A DNA stretch of 21,808 nucleotides from Candidatus Hydrogenedentota bacterium (lineage in GTDB: Bacteria; Hydrogenedentota; Hydrogenedentia; Hydrogenedentales; SLHB01): the NCBI GenBank assembly GCA_029974275.1, contig JARKSN010000136.1, forward strand, positions 1 to 21,808, in the 5' to 3' direction. A model generated the notes under the pieces. The model was not told the origin of the DNA, made no database searches, and saw only the letters and a program-made list of their open reading frames with translations. Positions 14,493 to 21,808 of this stretch are shown here, piece by piece; the stretch's first letter is position 1; every line of letters begins with the position of its first letter. A program made the translations under genes and the position numbers.

Positions 14493-17021
14493 CTATCTCC
14501 GCTGAAAGGCGCCGACGGTGGCCGACGCAAATTCGCCTTCAAGGTAATAACGACTAAAGAGATGCAATGGACTGCCGATCGGCTGATCCGATGGGCATTC
14601 CGCGCCGAGGACGAGATCCAGCCGACCGTCCCCGTCCCAGTCCGCGGCATCGAATGATCCGGCATGGTTGAAGGTGTGAAGATCCCGCCCGGCAAGCTGC
14701 ATGCGGCCGCGCGCCTTGAAGACGGGCTGCGCTTTCGTGCCGACATTCTCATACTGCCAGACGCCATACAGGCTGCCAATGAGCAGATCCAATTTGCCGT
14801 CGCCATTCCAATCGACCAACTGAGCGTGGTTGTCGCCGTTGTTGTTCTTGTTGCCAACCCGGCCCCGGACAGGATCGCCGGAATCAAGGAGCAGCGCGGG
14901 TCCACGGGTCAATTCCAGCACGGAGGCATCGTGTTGTTCGCGAGCTGGATAAAAGCAATAAAAAATATTATCCCGGGCGGAATGACCCACCAGCTCCGCG
15001 ACGCCATCGCCGTCGAGATCGCCGGCCGCGGGTTTGGAGCGCCAGGCGAACGCACGCTCATCGCCGTCCACGCGGACGGTTCTGCCGCGGGCGAGCTGGG
15101 GTTGGGCTCGGGAGCCGATATTTTCAAAGTACTTCGTCCGCCAGCATTGGGCCGTGACGAACAGGTCCAGATCGCCGTCGTGATCCCAATCGACACAGGT
15201 GGGGAGGGTCCAGCCGTAGTTGGGTTCGGAGGGTCCCTGGGGGCCCCAATGGTAGATTTCACCGGTTTCGGGGTCGGTCCAATTCGAATTGGGCAGATAA
15301 ATCGGACGCCCGCCGGCTTCGACCTTTACACCGCGAGCGAACGATGGATGCAGCGTAGAGCCCTTATTCACATAGAGCAGGACGCAGGATTGAAAGCCGC
15401 CGAGCAGATCCAGATCGCCGTCGTTGTCCCAGTCGACGCTGATCGTGAAGTAGGTGAGGATCGGCGGGTCGACCTGTTGAGCCAGGCCGCGCGAGACAAA
15501 ACGGGGCAGAGTCCATGGGTGGGGGCGGCGCGAACCCGAGGGGCGGGTGGGCGGCTCAATCGGGGCGGCGGCGCCGCTGAGCGGATTGATGTTTTCAAAC
15601 AACTCGCCGCCGGCAAACAGATCAAAGCGCCCGTCATGGTTCCAGTCGCAGACGATCGGCGGGCCCTGGATTGGAAGAATCGGCGTGCCTTCAAGCAGAA
15701 GGGGCTCGCGCCGCGTCCGGTCGTTCTCGGCAAGCATCAGGCGGCCCCCTTCGAGGGGGCGCGTGGTCAGGTCGAAGTAGAGCAAGTCGAAATCGCCGTC
15801 ATTGTCCCAGTCGAGGTATTCCGGGCCGCCGGGGGCCAGGGCAAACGCGGTGATCGGCAGACCGCGCGATTCGAGGATCGGCACGGGATCCGAGAATTGG
15901 AGAATTCCCTGGTCGTCGCCGACGCGTTCATACAATTCGAAATGCATCAGGGCGGCGCCGTAGGGCATGACGCCCGTGGTCGGGTCGACCTCCTTCAACA
16001 GATTGACGCAGGCCCACGCGACGATCAGGTCCAGATCGCCGTCGCCCTCCCAGTCAACCCGTCGCAAACCCTTGCAGGTGAAGCTCGGCGTCCGAACGAC
16101 GCCGGGCATTTCGGCGCGGAACTGCGAGACAGGAAGATCCATGATCGGGACGGGTTGATTGAGCATCAGCAGGCCGTGGGCGTCGCGCGAGCCGGTGTTT
16201 TCCCACAGCAGGAGCGTGTTTCCGGCGACGCCGGCAAAATCCATGTCGCCGTCGCCGTCCCAGTCCATCGGATGCATGTTCTGGCCGAGTTGGTCGGTGC
16301 GCAGCCATGCGCCATTACGATCCTTCATGCGAAGCCGGGGCGCAAACAGAGGATTTTCATTGGAGCCGATATTTTTCAGAAAATAAACGCCATTGCCCAG
16401 ATTCTCTTCAAGGTCCTCGCCGTGTTCATAGATGCGGAAGGCGATGCCGATGAGGTCGAAGACGCCGTCGCCATCCCAGTCGAGCGGCCAGAAGGTCGAG
16501 TGCAGGGGCACGCAGTCGGCCGGACCGGGCTGTCCGTCATGGTAGTGGAAGGTATCGCCGATGCCGATCGGTCCTGAAGTCGGAAAAGGAGCGGCCTCGC
16601 CTGCGACCGCCGCGCGGAATTCCGTTTCAAAATAAAGATAATAACTTCGGGCTGACGCATCCGGAGCGCGCCACCACAACGTGACCGGCCCGTAGGAACG
16701 CGTGTCTCCCGTCAGCGCGAACGGAAGTTCCGTTTGGATGGTATTGGTGGACAACTCCTGGTGAGCGCCAATACGCATCAATCGAAGCGATGAATAGCTG
16801 ACAACGCCTGAGATCGAGTTGTCGGACAACAATCTATTCAGATCGAGCTCCAGGCACGCGAGGGAATTGGTGGAGGCAGGGTCGCCGGTGTCGCAGTCGA
16901 TCGCGACGCGAAACCGATGGGGCAGGACCCAGTCGGACCCGTCGGCCGCCCGGGCGGCGGAATCCCATGCAAACATTGCAATCAGCAGGACGAGATGGCC
17001 AGCGCGCGTCCGCCATTTCAT
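14493..17021 (-). CDS. Secreted FG-GAP/VCBS-repeat protein (842 aa), paralog of 9373-11715
   Basis: Signal peptide MKWRTRAGHLVLLIAMFAWDSAARA; DWDGDGDxD and ENxGxxxxPxF repeats. Confidence 0.87.
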   Translation of the reverse strand: MKWRTRAGHLVLLIAMFAWDSAARAADGSDWVLPHRFRVAIDCDTGDPASTNSLACLELDLNRLLSDNSISGVVSYSSLRLMRIGAHQELSTNTIQTELPFALTGDTRSYGPVTLWWRAPDASARSYYLYFETEFRAAVAGEAAPFPTSGPIGIGDTFHYHDGQPGPADCVPLHSTFWPLDWDGDGVFDLIGIAFRIYEHGEDLEENLGNGVYFLKNIGSNENPLFAPRLRMKDRNGAWLRTDQLGQNMHPMDWDGDGDMDFAGVAGNTLLLWENTGSRDAHGLLMLNQPVPIMDLPVSQFRAEMPGVVRTPSFTCKGLRRVDWEGDGDLDLIVAWACVNLLKEVDPTTGVMPYGAALMHFELYERVGDDQGILQFSDPVPILESRGLPITAFALAPGGPEYLDWDNDGDFDLLYFDLTTRPLEGGRLMLAENDRTRREPLLLEGTPILPIQGPPIVCDWNHDGRFDLFAGGELFENINPLSGAAAPIEPPTRPSGSRRPHPWTLPRFVSRGLAQQVDPPILTYFTISVDWDNDGDLDLLGGFQSCVLLYVNKGSTLHPSFARGVKVEAGGRPIYLPNSNWTDPETGEIYHWGPQGPSEPNYGWTLPTCVDWDHDGDLDLFVTAQCWRTKYFENIGSRAQPQLARGRTVRVDGDERAFAWRSKPAAGDLDGDGVAELVGHSARDNIFYCFYPAREQHDASVLELTRGPALLLDSGDPVRGRVGNKNNNGDNHAQLVDWNGDGKLDLLIGSLYGVWQYENVGTKAQPVFKARGRMQLAGRDLHTFNHAGSFDAADWDGDGRLDLVLGAECPSDQPIGSPLHLFSRYYLEGEFASATVGAFQRR

Positions 17022-17185
17022 TGTGCAGGTCTCATCGGCAAAATATCTCGCGGCTCATCTATCCATTAATTCCAATTATCCTTGTTCATCGCAGCCCAAA
17101 CGAGCCAGAAAGCGTTGCCGCGGCCTGAGGCCAGACGAGGCCGAATGGAACCGAAGCAATGCAGCGCACGCGAGCTCCCACCGGC

Positions 17186-18385
17186 TCAGGAAAAATAGCG
17201 CACGGTCCTGTAAAGCGCTTCGGCCTGAACCTTCATCTCATCCTCATCCTTCTGATTGGTGGTGAACTGCATCAATTCGCGCTGGATCATCTCTGCATGG
17301 GGGCAGATGCCGCGGTCGGTCGCCATGCGCCGGTCAAGCCCCATTCGGCGGAACAGGGCCAGGATTTCGGGAACCGAATCCTCGAGATAACAGAGGGTCC
17401 ATGCGGCATAGGCGCCGTCGCCGCCGTATTCAATGTGTTTTTTGCGGAAGGCTTCCCAGGAGACGTCCTTTTTCAGGAAGCGCAGGGCGAAAGTGTAATA
17501 GGAATTGCGGTCGCCGGCCGGTGTCTGCTGCGGAACCAGCCAATCGACGCCCTGGATGGCCTCGGCGTACAGACGGGCCATCTGTTCGCGCTTGGCGACG
17601 AACCAGTCGATCTTTTCGAGCTGGGCGAGGCCCATCGCGGCGGCGACTTCGGGCAGGCGGTACATGAAGCCGAACGAATCGTGCCGCTTGTAGTTGGGGT
17701 TCTGAAAATCATCCTTCGAGAGGCGCACCTGGCCGCTGACGGCCGTACAGGTGCGGAAGCCCTGGCAGCAGAGCTTGCGCAGTCGCGTGCCCAGTTCCTC
17801 GCTGTCGCAGGCGAGGATGCCGCCGTCGCCGGTAGTCAGGTGCTTCGAGTTTTCAAAGCTCCAGCTTCCGGCATTGCCGAACGTTCCGCCGATGCGGCCG
17901 CGGTGCGTGCCGAGGTAGCATTGAGCGCAATCCTCTAGGACGGCCAGATCGTGGCGCTGGGCGATTTCCATGATGCGGGTCATGTCGCAAACCTGGCCGT
18001 AGAGATGAACGGGCATGATCGCCCGGGTCCGCGGAGTGATTTTGCGCTCGACATCATCCGGATCGAGCAGAAAGGTATTGGGATCGACATCGGCGAAGAC
18101 CGGAATGGCATTGCAATAAACGATGGCGTTCATGCAGGAGATGACGGTCAACGGCGTGGTGATGACCTCATCGCCGAAGCCGACGCCGATGGCGACCAGC
18201 GCGGCATGGAGGGTGGTGGTGCCGGAGTTGCAGGTGACCGCGTATTTTCGGCCAAAGCGGGCGGCAAAGGCCGCCTCGAGGCGCTGATTCATCGTGCCGG
18301 TGGTGGAACTGGCAAACCCGGAGTCGAGCACTTCGTTAATGTAAATACGTTCGCGTTGATCAAAGCGCCAGGCTAAACTTCCCAC
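17186..18385 (-). CDS. DegT/DnrJ/EryC1/StrS-family PLP-dependent sugar aminotransferase
   Basis: NSGTTTLH, GDEVIT, IMPVHLYGQ, LEDCAQ, SFENSKHLTTGDGG (PLP lysine). GTG at 18385 preferred over 18391 because of spacing from the GGAGGA RBS. Confidence 0.92.
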   Translation of the reverse strand: MGSLAWRFDQRERIYINEVLDSGFASSTTGTMNQRLEAAFAARFGRKYAVTCNSGTTTLHAALVAIGVGFGDEVITTPLTVISCMNAIVYCNAIPVFADVDPNTFLLDPDDVERKITPRTRAIMPVHLYGQVCDMTRIMEIAQRHDLAVLEDCAQCYLGTHRGRIGGTFGNAGSWSFENSKHLTTGDGGILACDSEELGTRLRKLCCQGFRTCTAVSGQVRLSKDDFQNPNYKRHDSFGFMYRLPEVAAAMGLAQLEKIDWFVAKREQMARLYAEAIQGVDWLVPQQTPAGDRNSYYTFALRFLKKDVSWEAFRKKHIEYGGDGAYAAWTLCYLEDSVPEILALFRRMGLDRRMATDRGICPHAEMIQRELMQFTTNQKDEDEMKVQAEALYRTVRYFS

Positions 18386-18418
18386 GCTCACATCCTCCGG
18401 TCGGCATCAGCGGATGGC

Positions 18419-19192
18419 TCAGGCATGCAGGCCGCCATCCATCAGGATATTTTCGCCCGTGATGTAGGCGGAGGCGGGCGAAGCCAGAAAGACAACGACG
18501 CCTTTGATGTCGTCAGGCAGCGCCATGCGGCCGAGCGGCACCTTCTGGTTGTAACGCCCCAAGAATTGGGGGTCCTGATCGCCGAGCAAGCCGCCCGGGC
18601 TGACGGCATTGACGCGGATGTTGCGCGTGGCGAGCTTGCGGGCGAGGTAGCGCGTCAGCGTGATCAGGCCGCCCTTGTGGAAATGGTAATCGGGCGGGGA
18701 ATCCATCGCGGTTCCCTCGTAGAGCATGAAGTCGGGGGCGTAGACGCCCTGCATCGAGGCGATGTTGACAATCGAGCCGCCGCCGCCGCGGGCGATCAGG
18801 TCGGCCATTTCGCGGGTGATGTCGAACATGCCGGTGGCATTGACGCGCATTGATTCGGCCCAGGCTGCCAGCGGGTCCTCGTAGCGCTTCATCGGGCGAG
18901 CGACGGCATTGTTAATAAACACGTCGAGGCGACCGTGGCGCTGCTCCAATTCCGCTTTCAGTTGCATGACCGATTCGTGATCGGCCTGATCGACGGTCAG
19001 CGCCGCGACGGCGAGTCCCCGGCGCGCCAGTTCGTCCGCCAGATGCTGGCCGGCCTCGAGCGAGCGCGAAGCGGTGACGACTGTGCCGCCGGCTTCGGCG
19101 AGGGCTTCCGTGATGTGTCGGCCGTAGAGTCCCGCGCCCCCGGTCACCAGACAGACTTTTCCCTTGAGGCTGAGCAAATCGGCGAGATGCAT
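18419..19192 (-). CDS. Classical short-chain dehydrogenase/reductase, PtmA-like subgroup
   Basis: TGGAGLYG, INNA, GSIVNIASMQG, YxxxK (YHFHK), IRVNAVSPGG, YITGENILMDGG. The APDFxLYEGTxMxSP insert recalls PtmA-type SDRs. Start at ATG 19192 with GAGGT RBS. Confidence 0.9.
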   Translation of the reverse strand: MHLADLLSLKGKVCLVTGGAGLYGRHITEALAEAGGTVVTASRSLEAGQHLADELARRGLAVAALTVDQADHESVMQLKAELEQRHGRLDVFINNAVARPMKRYEDPLAAWAESMRVNATGMFDITREMADLIARGGGGSIVNIASMQGVYAPDFMLYEGTAMDSPPDYHFHKGGLITLTRYLARKLATRNIRVNAVSPGGLLGDQDPQFLGRYNQKVPLGRMALPDDIKGVVVFLASPASAYITGENILMDGGLHA

Positions 19193-19202
19193 GGCAATAA
19201 CC

Positions 19203-20171
19203 TCAGCCCGGCCGGCCGGCGGCCGCGGGTCGGAGCAGTGCGGTTTGGCCGTGCCCGTCGAGCACGCGGAAGCGATTAACAAAGGGACTGGTGCAGATGT
19301 TCTCGCAGAGATCGCGTTGCTTGAGCGTGTCCTTGACGGCGGCCATCCAATCCACTTTCAGATTCGGCCCCAGCATTTCGAGCAGCGCCGCACGGAATTG
19401 GGCGTTGAGAGCGTACGCGCGCTCGCGGTCGCCGGCCGACGCGGCGCGGTACAGCTCGAGCAGCAACGGGATGAAGGCGGTCCCACCGCCGGAAATCACG
19501 CCGTCGGCGCCTAGGAGCAGCGTGATGTCGAATAGCGACTCGTCTCCCTGGAGCAGGCTGAACGGGCGCGTCGCCCTGTCGGGGTAACGCCGCAGCAATT
19601 CCGCGATCAGCCCGAAGTTGCAGCTTGAATCCTTCAGCGCGGCCACGCGCGGCATGTTCACGATCTGGTCGATGGTATCCACGTCGCACGCATTCCCGGT
19701 CATGCCGGGTTGATGGTAGAAGATAAGCGGGAGCGCCAGTTCCTCGGCCAGGCGCGCGAAGAACTCAAGCTGACTGTCGGGGTTCGGATAGTGATAGAAG
19801 AAGGGCCCGGTCGAGATGAGATAGTCGGGCTGTTCGTCCTGAATCAGACGGCCCAGTTCGAGCGTGCGGCGCGTGGAAGTTTCGCTGATGTTCGCCAGCA
19901 GGGGCACCGCGTGATCCAGATGCCGGACGGCGGCGCGGACGGCCAGCCGCTTCTGTTCGTTGACAAGATTGGGGCCCTCGCCCATGCTGCCGAGCAGGAA
20001 GATGGCCGCGGCGCCCGATCCGACGCAATGATCGAGCAGGCGGCGGAGGGCATTCAGATCCACGTCTTCATGGGCATCCAGCGGTGTCGGCAGCGCGGGG
20101 ATGACGCCGCAGAGCCTATCGTGCCGTTGCGGCGCCGCCAGGGAATTGCGCATCGGGCGTTTCTGCATCAT
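19203..20171 (-). CDS. DapA/NanA (DHDPS-like) family class I aldolase/lyase, probably not housekeeping DapA
   Basis: GVIPALPTPL, GSMGEG (DapA has GTTGES), IFYHQP, LKDSS Schiff-base lysine, LLLGADGVISG. Start uncertain (20171/20168/20153). Confidence 0.88.
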   Translation of the reverse strand: MMQKRPMRNSLAAPQRHDRLCGVIPALPTPLDAHEDVDLNALRRLLDHCVGSGAAAIFLLGSMGEGPNLVNEQKRLAVRAAVRHLDHAVPLLANISETSTRRTLELGRLIQDEQPDYLISTGPFFYHYPNPDSQLEFFARLAEELALPLIFYHQPGMTGNACDVDTIDQIVNMPRVAALKDSSCNFGLIAELLRRYPDRATRPFSLLQGDESLFDITLLLGADGVISGGGTAFIPLLLELYRAASAGDRERAYALNAQFRAALLEMLGPNLKVDWMAAVKDTLKQRDLCENICTSPFVNRFRVLDGHGQTALLRPAAAGRPG

Positions 20172-20276
20172 GAACCTTTCAACCGGAGGTGATACGTGGG
20201 GCGAAGGGCGATCGGCCTCGATCGCCGATGGCCCGCGAGCGCGTGGATGGGGCCGAGTCGGTCGACGGGGCGCCGC

Positions 20277-21808
20277 TCATCGATAAATGGCCCAGGCGCC
20301 CGTGCCGACCGCGTTGGGCGGCGGAGCGGACTGGTAAAACCGGACATGGGCCAGCCCCGCATAGCTGTAGCCGCCGCCTCCCCAGTTGCCTTCGCCCGGG
20401 GCGACGGAAGCCTGCTGGATGCGAACATAGCGCGCCTGCAGGCCGCCAAACGCGACCGGATCGCCCCATGTATCGGGCAGATCGGGGTCATGCAGGTTGG
20501 TTGCGGGTTGATCATCGGCGCCGGCCGCCTTGGCCAGGGTGAAGACGTCGCCGCCGCCGGAGGCGGTCAGTGTGGACCACGCATCGTCGACCGCGGTCTT
20601 GTAGAGCACGTGGACATCCTTCATGCCGGATTCCGCACTGAAATAGCCAGTGCCGGGGAAGTTCAGGTTCCAGACCCACATTTGGCCGAGGGAATAAACC
20701 TGCTGCAAATCAAACTCCACCCATTGGATTTCCCATGGATCGAGGTAGGTGGAATACCACTGGGCCAGGTAGATGGCGGAGCTGTGCAGCATCTGCTTGG
20801 AGCCGAGCACGTAAGCCGGGACCTCCGTGACGCCGACCTCACCCTCGGTTTCGACCAACCACTTGGGATGATAGTTTTCGGTTTCGTAGTAATAGGTGCT
20901 GGCGGTGGCGGCGACGTTCGGGATGAAGGTGGGCTCGGATCCGGCGATCAGCGCGGTGAAATCGCAGCTGAGCGTGCGGGCATCAACGCCGTCATCGAAA
21001 TCCGCCTCGAGCGAGGCCGCCAGGGGTCCCAATCCGGAGACATGGGCGTGCAGCTGCACCTCGACCTCGGCGATCTCGCCCGGATCGAGGACCAGTGGCA
21101 GGCCCGGCTTGGCCGAGATGGTGAGCAACTGGCCGCCGCCGATGATCTCGATCCGATCGACGGTCGCCGCCGCGGCGGCGTTTTCGTCATGACTCAATTC
21201 GATCAGGATCGATTGGGTCTGGCCGACCTGGACCGTGCCGAAGTCGTGCGTCGCGGGCGTCAGCGCAAAGCCGACGGGCGTGTCCTCGGTCTGGCCGGTC
21301 AGGTGAACGGTGGCCAGATGCGTGCCGTACTGGTCCGTATACTCGATTGGCAAATCGGCGGTGTAGGGCGTGTTGGGGTCCGCGCCGTTGAAGCGGATCG
21401 TCAGCGCAAGACTCTGCCCGGAGTTGAGCGAGGCGGGCAGGGAAGGGGGGTTGACGAGGCTGAACGCCGTGCCGTCCAGCGCGCTGGCGTCGATGGACTG
21501 GATGCCGCCGGTCTTGCCCGCCGGGCCATAGTTGGCCAGGGTCAACACTTGATCGAGCGGCTGGCCGGCCTGGACGCCGGAGAAGTCCGCGGTTTCGGGG
21601 ATGCTGATGAAGCCCTTGTAGACGCGGAATTTGCCGGCCTCGTGGTACGGGCCGCCCCAGTTGTCGAGGTAGGTCAGGCGCAGATAGCGGGCCTGCACAT
21701 TTTCCAGGTCGACGGGGTCGCCCGTGCCATCCTGATTGGTCGGACCGACCTCCACGTCCGGAGCGGCGGCGCCCTTGGCCATCGTGACCGTCTTGAGGAC
21801 GGTGTAGC
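20277..21808 (-). CDS. Large modular extracellular protein, C-terminal part (5' end outside window): discoidin/F5-8-like domains flanking two Ig-like (choice-of-anchor D/ASH-like) domains
   Basis: Frame stays open to the window edge (…YTVLKTVTMAK). QARYLRL/QARYVRI and WVEFDLQQVYSLGQMWVWN discoidin-like motifs; DFSGVQAG and HDFGTVQVG...LDPGE Ig-like motifs. Confidence 0.8.
   Translation of the reverse strand, partial: YTVLKTVTMAKGAAAPDVEVGPTNQDGTGDPVDLENVQARYLRLTYLDNWGGPYHEAGKFRVYKGFISIPETADFSGVQAGQPLDQVLTLANYGPAGKTGGIQSIDASALDGTAFSLVNPPSLPASLNSGQSLALTIRFNGADPNTPYTADLPIEYTDQYGTHLATVHLTGQTEDTPVGFALTPATHDFGTVQVGQTQSILIELSHDENAAAAATVDRIEIIGGGQLLTISAKPGLPLVLDPGEIAEVEVQLHAHVSGLGPLAASLEADFDDGVDARTLSCDFTALIAGSEPTFIPNVAATASTYYYETENYHPKWLVETEGEVGVTEVPAYVLGSKQMLHSSAIYLAQWYSTYLDPWEIQWVEFDLQQVYSLGQMWVWNLNFPGTGYFSAESGMKDVHVLYKTAVDDAWSTLTASGGGDVFTLAKAAGADDQPATNLHDPDLPDTWGDPVAFGGLQARYVRIQQASVAPGEGNWGGGGYSYAGLAHVRFYQSAPPPNAVGTGAWAIYR

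Noticed and set aside
14456..14905. 150-aa N-terminal extension of the 1053-aa ORF
   Set aside because: Overlaps the upstream gene in another frame; the RBS and signal peptide support the start at 14455.
9526..16577. Long plus-strand ORFs (9526-11511, 12041-13225, 13844-14557, 14664-16577; also 8025-8918 and 17159-17938)
   Set aside because: Antisense shadows of GC-rich minus-strand genes that have clear motifs; no recognisable domains of their own.
19193..19282. 30-aa N-terminal extension of the SDR ORF
   Set aside because: Overlaps the aldolase 3' end; a GAGGT RBS precedes ATG 19192.
19203..20171. Assigning dapA or nanA
   Set aside because: The GSMGEG motif and YHQP differ from the canonical enzymes; substrate cannot be determined from sequence.

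Overview
Two-part window from a GC-rich bacterium. Left part (1-~7.97 kb) is a mobile-element junction: (i) the end of a phage-satellite/PICI-like integrative element, all on the minus strand (PriCT-1-type primase fragment, AlpA/Xis excisionase, unknown 238-aa ORF, P4-like tyrosine integrase), next to a 3'-half tRNA-Ala(GGC) att core with matching arm-type repeats on BOTH sides; (ii) a solitary type I-G-like CRISPR repeat; (iii) a complete IS66 (tnpA/B/C, 34-bp TIRs) without a target-site duplication; (iv) a second tyrosine integrase ending next to a 3'-half tRNA-Gly(TCC) att core. Right part (8.0-21.8 kb) is a co-oriented minus-strand cluster: a large modular protein cut by the window edge, a DapA/NanA-family aldolase, a PtmA-like SDR, a DegT-family aminotransferase, three secreted FG-GAP/VCBS repeat proteins (two are paralogs) and a secreted BNR/Asp-box protein. 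I infer this cluster degrades an amino-sugar or nonulosonate glycan. Best leads: the orphan CRISPR repeat with a flanking anti-repeat, the attP-like site plus a 12-bp inverted copy of the att core over the integrase RBS, a predicted ~55-nt antisense RNA over the primase start, the candidate catabolic locus, and a shared C-terminal aromatic-x-x-Y-x motif on secreted proteins. All family calls come from reading motifs by eye; no database searches were run.
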